Shown here: positions 19,139 through 27,765 of the stretch, piece after piece
How the letters are laid out: every line of letters begins with the position of its first letter
Numbering within the stretch: the first letter of the stretch is position 1
Made by a program: the position numbers and the translations under genes
The notes under the pieces: generated by a model
What the model was told of the DNA's origin: nothing
Database searches by the model: none
Seen by the model: the letters and a program-made list of their open reading frames with translations, nothing else
From: Tenuifilaceae bacterium
GTDB taxonomy: Bacteria; Bacteroidota; Bacteroidia; Bacteroidales; Tenuifilaceae
DNA: 64,000 bases
Assembly: GCA_034006965.1 (NCBI GenBank)
Contig: JAVERU010000001.1
Coordinates: 5-64,004, forward strand
Reading direction: 5' to 3'

Positions 19139-19999
19139 ATGACAAGATTAATTATAACAGCCATTGTTGCAACATTGGCAGTTACCGCCTGCTCTTTTCA
19201 TGAAGAGAAAAATGAGGATAAGCAAAAGAGTAAGGGTGCATTATTCATTATTGGAGGGGGAAGCCGACCAGCCAGTATGATATCCCGATTGGTGGATGAG
19301 GCAAAACTCCGTGATGGCGGATACGCTGTGGTTCTCCCAATGTCAAGTGGTAGCCCCGATTCAGCTATCATATGGTCATCTGAGCAGTTCTACAACCAAG
19401 GGCTCATGAATATCGTAGGATTCAATTTCACAAACGACATGCTACCCAAGCAAGAGTGGATTGACTCCTTAAAAAAAGCATCGCTAATATACATTAGCGG
19501 AGGCAACCAGAGCAAATTCATGGAAATTGTGAAAGACTCACCGATTTTCGATGCAATACACTACGCCTACAATGAAGGGGCAATTATTGCAGGCACTAGC
19601 GCTGGGGCAGCAGTAATGAGCCAGCTAATGATAACAGGAAATGAGCTAAGATACCCTGGCTACCGATCAACATTCCCTGTTATCGAATCGGAAAACCTAG
19701 AACTCTCGGAAGGTTTAGGTCTGATTACTAACGCCATAATTGATCAGCATTTTGTTTGGCGGAGCAGACACAATCGATTACTAACGGCTGTACTTGAATA
19801 CCCAGAGTATGCCTGTATTGGCATAGACGAGTCAACAGCAATACTTGTGCGAGGGAATAATGCTGAGGTTGTGGGTGAATCACAGGTTCTGGTTTACAGA
19901 AATCCAAAAAGAAGCAAGCGAATTGCAAATAATAAGCTGGGTGGAAAAAACATAATTTTGGATATTTACCTTCCTGGAGATACATTTGCAGTTCAATAG
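19139..19999 (+). CDS. cphB: Cyanophycinase (peptidase S51), lipoprotein
   Basis: Lipobox VTAC, LFIIGGG, GGNQ, GTSAGAAVM (Ser), IDQHF..RSRHNRL (His plus Arg pair), GIDESTA (Glu). Confidence 0.9.
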   Translation: MTRLIITAIVATLAVTACSFHEEKNEDKQKSKGALFIIGGGSRPASMISRLVDEAKLRDGGYAVVLPMSSGSPDSAIIWSSEQFYNQGLMNIVGFNFTNDMLPKQEWIDSLKKASLIYISGGNQSKFMEIVKDSPIFDAIHYAYNEGAIIAGTSAGAAVMSQLMITGNELRYPGYRSTFPVIESENLELSEGLGLITNAIIDQHFVWRSRHNRLLTAVLEYPEYACIGIDESTAILVRGNNAEVVGESQVLVYRNPKRSKRIANNKLGGKNIILDIYLPGDTFAVQ

Positions 20000-20025
20000 C
20001 TAACCCCAACCAACTTCCTAATACA

Positions 20026-21645
20026 ATGCTAAAGAAAGTACCGCACACCTACGTCATCGTTTTTGCCATTATTGTTATTGCAGCCGTTTTAACCTGGTTT
20101 ATCCCCGCAGGAAAATACATTGAGGTGGAGCGAGAGGTGGATGGAGAAATACACAAGGAGATGGTTTTCCATTATCACCAAAACCTCCCCGATGAGCACC
20201 AAGCCAATTTTGAGCCACAAACCCAAACCTGGCAAGTATTCTCAGCGCTATTCAAGGGATTTGTTAAGCAAAGCAATATCATCATTTTTATTCTGATGAT
20301 TGGGGGTGCATTCTGGATTATGAACCAGAGCAAGGCCATTGACATTGGTATTATGGCATTTCTAAAATTCACAAAAAAACTGGAACATAACCGATTGGTT
20401 CGCTCGCTGGGAGTCGATAATATTGTCATTGTGCTGGTAATGCTCATGTTTAGCATCTTTGGGGCAATTTTTGGAATGAGCGAAGAGACCATTGCCTTCG
20501 CCATTATACTTGTTCCGCTGGCCATCTCCATGGGGTACGACTCCATCATTGGAGTTTGTATGGTTTATATTGCTGCCCATCTGGGCTTTGCCGGAGCAAT
20601 CCTTAACCCATTTACCATTGGCATTGCGCAGGGATTAGCCGACATCCCTTTGTTTTCAGGGATCGAGTATCGTTTTTTTAGCTGGATAATTATAAATGTT
20701 GTGGGTATCATCATTGTGCTAAGGTATGCACATAAAATCAGGAAAAACCCCAAGCTCTCCCCCGTGTATGCCGAAGATGAATACTGGAGAAAACGCGAAG
20801 AGCATGATACCGAAACCATCACCTATTACACACCCCGAATTGCCTGGTTTGTTTATGGTGCCATACTGGTGGCACTCACCATTTTCTCAGTGCTATACCC
20901 AACAACAACCCTAAGCGTTGGGAACTCATCCACATCGCTGGTTATAATCCCCATTGTAACGGTGCTATTTGCGGTATTGGGTTACCTATCGTTACGCAAA
21001 TCGGTTCATTTCTTTATCCTTCTACTGCTTGCCTACACCATTATCTTCCTAATTGTTGGTGTGATGGGTTATGGCTGGTACGTGATGGAGATTGCCACGC
21101 TATTTTTGGCTATGGGTATTGCCAGCGGCATGGCCATAAACAAATCGGCCGATGATATAGCCAAACTTTTCCTCGAGGGGGTAAAAGATATTCTATCTGC
21201 AGCAGTGATAGTGGGCTTGGCTGGAGGTATTATTGTGGTTCTTGAGGATGGCGGGATTATTGACTCCATCCTCTACGGTCTATCCAAGGCAATGGGTAAT
21301 TTTGGCAACGTGGCCTCAGTGGGCGTTATGTACGTTATCCAAACCATCATCAACGTGGTAATCCCTTCGGGATCGGCAAAGGCAGCCATCACCATGCCCA
21401 TCATGGCGCCGTTTAGCGATTTAATTGGCATATCAAGGCAGGCAACCGTCATGGCTTTTCAGTTTGGCGATGGATTCACCAACATGATTACCCCTACTTC
21501 GGGCGTGCTAATTGCCGTTTTGGGCGTTGCCCGTATTCCATACCATAAGTGGGTAAAGTGGGTTTGGCCACTAATTCTCACCGTAATTATCCTCGGGTTT
21601 TTGCTGCTTATCCCAACGGTTACCATGGAGCTGAATGGGTTTTAG
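20026..21645 (+). CDS. yfcC: YfcC/DcuC-family transporter, second paralog
   Basis: PHTYVI, LTWFIPAGKY, FGMSEETIAF, NPFTIGIAQGLA, IPSGSAKAAITMPIMAPFSDL, FQFGDG. Confidence 0.9.
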   Translation: MLKKVPHTYVIVFAIIVIAAVLTWFIPAGKYIEVEREVDGEIHKEMVFHYHQNLPDEHQANFEPQTQTWQVFSALFKGFVKQSNIIIFILMIGGAFWIMNQSKAIDIGIMAFLKFTKKLEHNRLVRSLGVDNIVIVLVMLMFSIFGAIFGMSEETIAFAIILVPLAISMGYDSIIGVCMVYIAAHLGFAGAILNPFTIGIAQGLADIPLFSGIEYRFFSWIIINVVGIIIVLRYAHKIRKNPKLSPVYAEDEYWRKREEHDTETITYYTPRIAWFVYGAILVALTIFSVLYPTTTLSVGNSSTSLVIIPIVTVLFAVLGYLSLRKSVHFFILLLLAYTIIFLIVGVMGYGWYVMEIATLFLAMGIASGMAINKSADDIAKLFLEGVKDILSAAVIVGLAGGIIVVLEDGGIIDSILYGLSKAMGNFGNVASVGVMYVIQTIINVVIPSGSAKAAITMPIMAPFSDLIGISRQATVMAFQFGDGFTNMITPTSGVLIAVLGVARIPYHKWVKWVWPLILTVIILGFLLLIPTVTMELNGF

Positions 21646-21664
21646 CAATTGATGCTTACATTGT

Positions 21665-21698
21665 AAAACGCCCAAGCAATTTTCCCGGGCGTTTTTTT
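21665..21698 (+). terminator. Intrinsic terminator
   Basis: AAAACGCCC-N13-GGGCGTTTTTTT after yfcC. Confidence 0.7.
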
Positions 21699-21780
21699 AT
21701 CTTATTTACAGAGATTTACTTCGCTTTATGAGTAGCAATCATAATGAATTCACAATCATCACTTCCACAAAACAAAATCA

Positions 21781-23095
21781 TAGTCCTTCGGGGCGGAGAA
21801 CAACACAACGATTAAACCATCAATAACCCCTCCTTCAGGGTGGGGCAACACAACCACAGCCCAAAGGGCTTTAGCCCTGACAAAAGCACGCAACGCCCTA
21901 ACGCAAATCTATAATCCCCACGTGCTAATTCATATTGCATAAACCTATTTTATTTCCATAGATTTACTTAACTTTATGATTAGCAATCTGAATTAATACA
22001 CAATCTTCGTATCCAAAAAACATTACTAACCCCGTCCTTTAGGGCGAAGGGCAACACAACAAAAAACATTAGTAACCCCGTCCTTTAGGGCGGGGGCAAA
22101 GCAACCAGAAGAATATAAGGGCTTTAGCCCTGACAAAACCAACATCACCATGTCGTACGTGAAAGTTATTATACACGCCGTTTGGGGAACAAAAAGAAAC
22201 CAAGCATTAATAACAAAGGATATCCGCCCAACATTACTGGCGCATATTGTTGAAAATGCCAAACAGAAAGGGATTTTCATCGATACGATTAATTCACAAC
22301 CAGAGCATGTTCACTGCTTGTTTGGGCTAAATGCTGATATGGCCTTATCGAAAGCGTTGAACCTAATCAAGGGAGAATCATCGTTTTGGATGAACAAACA
22401 AAAGTTGAGTAGCTACAAATTTGAATGGGCCGATGATTATTTTGCAGCCTCGGTAAGTGAATCGCAATTGGATAAAGTTCGGCAATACATCATAAACCAA
22501 GATGAGCATCACCGAGAAATTGGCTTTGCTGAGGAATACAATAAATTTCTAGCTAGATATGGCTACAATATTCAGGGCTAAAGCCCAAATACGAAAAGAA
22601 GCCCCTGCCCCGCCCTGAAGGACGGGGTTAGCAGACAACCACAGTAAACGAATGTCTATTACATTTCATATAACAACCGAAACAAAGAACTAGAACCAAA
22701 GAAATAATCGTGCACAATAAAACTGCAAATAACAAAACGAAAGGACCAATTATTCTCCCGTTTTTTAGAGCAGGAACAAAGCAACGAAAGAAAAATGAGC
22801 AGTCCCCGTCATTCAGGGCAGTAACAAAGCAACGACAAATATTTTAACCCCGTCCTATTGAGCGGAAAGCAATACAGCGATAAGGCTAATAATTCCTATG
22901 TCCTCTAGGGCGGAGAACAACACAACAAGAAAACCATTAGTAACCCCGTCCTTTTAAGGTGGACTAAGCAATTAAAACCCTTAATAACCCCATCCTCTAG
23001 ATCGAAGGACAATACAACGATAAAGCCATCAATAGCCCCCTCCTTCAGGGTGGGGCAACACAACCACAGCCCAAAGGGCTTTAGCCCTGACAAAT
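21781..23095. repeat. REP-like palindrome array around tnpA (TAACCCCGTCCTTTAGGGCGGGG and GGGCTTTAGCCC units)
   Basis: About a dozen intact or degenerate copies at ~45-48 bp spacing, including an inverted pair at 22073-22133 and 22572-22630 directly flanking the gene. Confidence 0.8.
22150..22581 (+). mobile_element. tnpA: IS200-like Y1 (HUH) transposase, probably REP-associated (RAYT-like)
   Basis: HAVWGTK, HUH motif EHVH, KGESS, catalytic Tyr in YIINQDEHH. No tnpB. Confidence 0.88.
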
Positions 23096-23230
23096 CACGC
23101 CACATCCTATCGCACAATGCTTTCACTTCGCCTGCCAATTCGCATTGCATAAACCTATTTTATTTCCACAGATTTGTTTAACTTTAAGGCTATCTAGCTG
23201 TTGATAAAAGAAACAACAACTCTTAGGCCA

Positions 23231-24007
23231 ATGCTACTCGATTACCATATGCACACCTACCTCTCCGATGGTCGCGACGCCCACGAGCAAATGGTGGCAT
23301 CGGCAGCCTTTAGGGGGATTAAGGAGATTGGGTTTTCCGATCACATCAGCCTAAAGTCCATTGGCTGGGCGCTGCCCATTGAACGTATCGATGAGATGAT
23401 TGCCCGGGTTAAGGATGTGCAAGCTAGCGATACGCAGGGGGTAACTGTCAAGTTTGGGGTGGAGATGGACTATTTCTTTGGTATGGAGAGGCAAATACAG
23501 GAAGTACTCTCCTATCTTCCCATCGATTATGCAATAGGTTCCGTTCATTTTATCGATGGATGGAATTTTGATACAGATATCGAGGAGTACGACACCATGG
23601 ATATTAACCGGTTTTACCGCCAGTACTTTAAAGCCGTTCAGCAATCGGCCAAATCGAAGCTATTCGATATTATTGGTCATTGCGATCTGGCAAAGAAGTT
23701 TGCCTACTACCCCACCTTCCCGCTTGATGTGCTTTACGATGAGGCTGCCCAAACCTTTAAAAAGGCCGATGTGGTGGTGGAGATCAACACCAGCGGCCGC
23801 ATTAAGCCCTGCAACGAGTTTTACCCCTCGGTACAATTCCTTGAGCGTTTAGCGCACTACAAAGTACCTATAACCCTAGGCTCCGATGCCCATGTGGAGC
23901 AAAATGTTGGCCAGTTCTTCGATGATGCCATTGCCGAGATAAAGGCCCTTGGCTTTAAGGAGATAGCCCGATTTACCTTGCGGAAGAGGGAGATGGTGAG
24001 GATTTAG
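23231..24007 (+). CDS. PHP-domain histidinol-phosphatase HisJ family protein
   Basis: DYHMHT, GFSDH, GVEMDY, IGSVH, GHCDL, EINTSG, GSDAH. ATG at 23231 preferred over TTG at 23201. Confidence 0.88.
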   Translation: MLLDYHMHTYLSDGRDAHEQMVASAAFRGIKEIGFSDHISLKSIGWALPIERIDEMIARVKDVQASDTQGVTVKFGVEMDYFFGMERQIQEVLSYLPIDYAIGSVHFIDGWNFDTDIEEYDTMDINRFYRQYFKAVQQSAKSKLFDIIGHCDLAKKFAYYPTFPLDVLYDEAAQTFKKADVVVEINTSGRIKPCNEFYPSVQFLERLAHYKVPITLGSDAHVEQNVGQFFDDAIAEIKALGFKEIARFTLRKREMVRI

Positions 24008-24397
24008 CCCTCAAATAATAAATTGAATTTCAAATTAATTCCTCTAGAATGTTTAAGTTGCAACTTTTAGCTATTGATTCAATGTCGTTTAGCTAGTGCT
24101 TTTACCTAACTAATAAATATAGGTCTTTGTGTTCCTGCCTGCAAGCAAGCTTTGAGCCTTACTTAGATGAGCTTAGCACAAGTCTTTTTGCGCTTTGCAT
24201 TACCGTTCAAGTGCTTACACAAATCGATGCGCTGAGTTTACCGAAGTGGCCCACGAGGAATGCACAAAGGGAGACAAAGGGTGGATAGCATAAGTAGTCA
24301 TTTGAAGATAACTAGTACCTTAACTAACCGATATTGGCCTTTGATTATATTTTAAAGGCTAAAATCTACCTTATTTAAAAATTAGATTGTATTTTTA

Positions 24398-27241
24398 ATG
24401 GGCATACTGAAAAAGAAAATCCCTTTTATGTTTCAAAAAGGCAGATATTTTACTACATTATACTCGCTTCTCTACCTAGGCTTTCTAATTCTTGGTAATC
24501 CTTCCTTTGGTCAAAAGAACGAGCTCGTTCCCTACCTGATTAACAACTTCGACCTACATAACCAAACTTGGGGTATTTCGCAAGATCCTAAAACTGGCAT
24601 TGTTTACCTCGCTAACTCTGAGGGGCTTATTGAGTACAACGGTATAAAATGGATAAAACATACCCTAAGCGAAGGAATCCCAGTAAGGTCTGTATTAATT
24701 GATGAAAACAGTAACATTTTTACAGGTAGTTTCGAGGAGTTTGGTGTATGGAATTACAATTCAAGGGGTGAACTTGTGTACCAATCCTTAACAAACCAAA
24801 CACAAGTAGAGAAAAACGATGAGATTTGGAAAATTTACCAATCTAATGGCCTAGTCTTTTTCCAGTCGTTTACATCAATTTATATTTATAATTACGAAAC
24901 CATTGAGAAGGTTAAATCACCTCAATCGATGTTATTCTTGCATCAAATAGGCAATCGTTTTATTGCTCAGATTATTGAGGACGGATTGTATTGGTTTGAG
25001 AACAAAGAATTTACTAAGATTCACGGTAGCGAATTGTTTAACAACAAGAAGGTTCACGCAATAGTTCCCTTCGAGAATGGCAAGTGGTTAGTATGTACTG
25101 ATAACTATGGCCTTTATGTTTTTAATGGTCAAAGTTTTAGCTTTTACAAGTCTGAAGCATCAGATTTTCTTATGGACTACGTTTGCAATACGGCTAAGCA
25201 ACTAAACGATTCAATCTTCGCCTTTGGAAGCATACTTAATGGTGTTATAATTACCAATAAAAAAGGGGAGATTCAAAGAAGTTATAATACTCACAACGGG
25301 TTAAAAAACAATACCGTACTGTCTTTCTTTCAGGATAAAGATGCTGGCCTATGGGTGGGTCTTGATGAGGGGGTAAACTACATCAACCTACAGAACCCCT
25401 TGACTCACTATGAAAGCAGAAACGGATCTTTTGGTACCATTTATGCCCTGTTAGCTAAAGACTCACTACTTTACATAGGTACTAACCATGGACTTTTCGT
25501 TGCCGATATTGTTAAAAAAGGGGCATTCCCCCATTTTCAAAACCTCAGAATTATTCAGGGAAGTCAGGGACAGGTTTGGTATTTACGAGAATATGGCAAC
25601 CAAATTATTTGTGGCCATAACAATGGAACCTATGTTGCCACCCCAAATGAATTTGTCCAAATATCAAGTATTACTGGTGGCTGGGCTTATACCCCCTTGG
25701 GCAATTACATTGTTGGTGGAACCTATACTGGCATAATAGTTTTGGAGAAATCGTCTTCTGGTGATTTGCAGTTTAAAACAAAACTTGAAAATTTTAATGA
25801 GCCATCACGCTTCCTTGAGGTTGACTACCTAGGGTATTTGTGGGTTGCACATCATCAAAAAGGGGTATATAAAATTGAGGTCTCAGACGATGCACTAGCT
25901 GCTAACAAGGTTGAATATTTTAACAATATCGATGGTAAAACACAGAACATTAAAGTTTTTAAAGTAAACAACAGGGTTGTTTTCACAACATCAAACAACA
26001 TTTACACCTACGATTATGTTCGAAATGAAATTGTTACACTTGAGCCATTAAGTGATGATATTGAAGCATTCAAATCTTCTAGCCATATTCACCATTCCCA
26101 AAAAAATGAGTATTGGTTTATTAAAGAGGACAGAATTGCCTTATTTGAAATTGGGCTCGATTTTTCTGCAATTAAAAAGTATGAAATACAGCTAAGCAAC
26201 ATTAGCTTGCCCCAACGAGGAATTCAGCTGGTTAGTTTAGACAGTAAAACAGTTCTGATACCTACCCACCATGGCTTTGATGCTTTTAATCTTTCATTAA
26301 GCCAATTGAAGCCTCAGGAATCAAGATTGAGAGTAGAGAAGGTTGTATTCTATGGGAGTATTGATAGCGAAAGGGTTTATTTCAACCAAATGGAGAAGGT
26401 AAAAACTAAATGGAATATGAATAATGTAACAATTAGTTTTATTGCCCCCTATGCATTCGATCAACCCTCAAAATCATTCAATTACCGTATCAAGGAGCTT
26501 GACAGTTCATGGCAAAACACCAGCAATAGTAGCTTCACATACTCAGGCCTTAAGTATGGGTTGTACACTTTAGAAATTCAAGCTTCAGATGGATCAACTG
26601 ATACAATTCAATTCCAAGTTGAAAAACCCTGGTATTATTCTCATTTCGCTCTAGTCATCTATTCTTTAATCATAGCCCTAGCTGTATGGTTGTTGGTTCG
26701 TTATTTTAGGTTTAAGCTCAATCGCCAGAAAGAGGTATTGGAGATGGAGCTAAGGCAACGCTCGTTAGAGAGGGAACTCGATACTAAGAGCTACGAGCTA
26801 ATGCTAACTATAAGGTACCTTATCAGCAAGAACGAAATTCTAACTGAACTTCAAAACGAGGTGAATGCCATTAAGGAGAACTCCTCAAAGTACCCAATCA
26901 AGAACCTGAGGAATATGGAAAAAATCATTACCGAGGGGCTTGACACGCAAACAGAGGATTGGAAAAATGCCATGAATAGCCTTAAGCTCTCACAACAGGG
27001 TTTCTTTAAGAAGTTGAAGGAGCAATTTCCCAATCTTACCCCTAACGATTTAAGGCTGTGTTCATACCTACGGATGAACTTTACAACAAAAGAAATTGCC
27101 CGTTTACTTAACAACTCTACTAGAGCCGTGGAGATTAGCCGCTATAGGCTTAGGAAGAAAATGAACCTAAAGCATGATGTGAATCTCACCGAATACTTAA
27201 TGAGAGAAAACTTTTCAGAAACGTCAAACGGAAAGGAATAA
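24398..27241 (+). CDS. Membrane-spanning one-component regulator: periplasmic beta-propeller, Y_Y_Y domain, TM, LuxR-type HTH
   Basis: GLKNNTVLS...LWVGLDEG propeller repeats, YSGLKYGLYTLEI, KPWY plus TM helix, LTPNDLRLCSYLRMNFTTKEIA...SRYRLRKK. No kinase or receiver domain. Confidence 0.88.
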   Translation: MGILKKKIPFMFQKGRYFTTLYSLLYLGFLILGNPSFGQKNELVPYLINNFDLHNQTWGISQDPKTGIVYLANSEGLIEYNGIKWIKHTLSEGIPVRSVLIDENSNIFTGSFEEFGVWNYNSRGELVYQSLTNQTQVEKNDEIWKIYQSNGLVFFQSFTSIYIYNYETIEKVKSPQSMLFLHQIGNRFIAQIIEDGLYWFENKEFTKIHGSELFNNKKVHAIVPFENGKWLVCTDNYGLYVFNGQSFSFYKSEASDFLMDYVCNTAKQLNDSIFAFGSILNGVIITNKKGEIQRSYNTHNGLKNNTVLSFFQDKDAGLWVGLDEGVNYINLQNPLTHYESRNGSFGTIYALLAKDSLLYIGTNHGLFVADIVKKGAFPHFQNLRIIQGSQGQVWYLREYGNQIICGHNNGTYVATPNEFVQISSITGGWAYTPLGNYIVGGTYTGIIVLEKSSSGDLQFKTKLENFNEPSRFLEVDYLGYLWVAHHQKGVYKIEVSDDALAANKVEYFNNIDGKTQNIKVFKVNNRVVFTTSNNIYTYDYVRNEIVTLEPLSDDIEAFKSSSHIHHSQKNEYWFIKEDRIALFEIGLDFSAIKKYEIQLSNISLPQRGIQLVSLDSKTVLIPTHHGFDAFNLSLSQLKPQESRLRVEKVVFYGSIDSERVYFNQMEKVKTKWNMNNVTISFIAPYAFDQPSKSFNYRIKELDSSWQNTSNSSFTYSGLKYGLYTLEIQASDGSTDTIQFQVEKPWYYSHFALVIYSLIIALAVWLLVRYFRFKLNRQKEVLEMELRQRSLERELDTKSYELMLTIRYLISKNEILTELQNEVNAIKENSSKYPIKNLRNMEKIITEGLDTQTEDWKNAMNSLKLSQQGFFKKLKEQFPNLTPNDLRLCSYLRMNFTTKEIARLLNNSTRAVEISRYRLRKKMNLKHDVNLTEYLMRENFSETSNGKE

Positions 27242-27392
27242 GATCAAGGTAATCCGCTATGCTTTTCAACCTTACCTGTTTTTATTGCTAATTCTATTTA
27301 AACAACTAATGCCATCTTGCTATTGCATTAAAATTATTCTTTGATTATCCGGCTATAATGCCTGAGACAAATGAGTTGATTAAAATGACACC

Positions 27393-27506
27393 TCATTGCG
27401 AACGTCCTTTGTGAAGCAATCCTTTAATTAACAGGAATTTATAGATTGCTTCAACCCTCAAAACACGAGGGTTTGACTTCGTTGAGCACTTCGGGGTTCG
27501 CAATGA
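27393..27506. repeat. Palindromic intergenic element (REPIN/RPE-like)
   Basis: Nested inverted repeats TCATTGCGAAC...GAAGCAATC...GATTGCTTC...GTTCGCAATGA. Confidence 0.6.
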
Positions 27507-27765
27507 CGTAAAGGCTTTAGGTATCAAAACGGATAATCATTTTATTCTTTAAACCCGCTCTTAAAAAGTACTTTTTTATACTCTCTCCTCACTGTCATTC
27601 AGCCTATTATCATAGCATGTTGTACTATTCTTTAGTCCAATAAAATTGTTTTCGCAAACGTGTGAAATGGAAATAACCTATGATTCTGTACTTTGATTTA
27701 CTAGTACATTAACTTTATGTAAATTTTTTGCGGCGTTTTAATTACTAACAAATAATCCCAGCAAT

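Noticed and set aside
19139-19999. Annotation as dipeptidase E (PepE)
   Set aside because: DQHF..RxR..RL and GIDExTA match cyanophycinases better, and the iadA context agrees. Activity remains untested.
21781-23095. CRISPR array or IS605 with TnpB/IscB
   Set aside because: Repeats are degenerate with A-rich, related spacers, and no tnpB/iscB ORF follows tnpA.
24398-27241. Hybrid two-component system
   Set aside because: No histidine kinase, receiver or AraC domain is visible after the TM helix, only a LuxR-type HTH.
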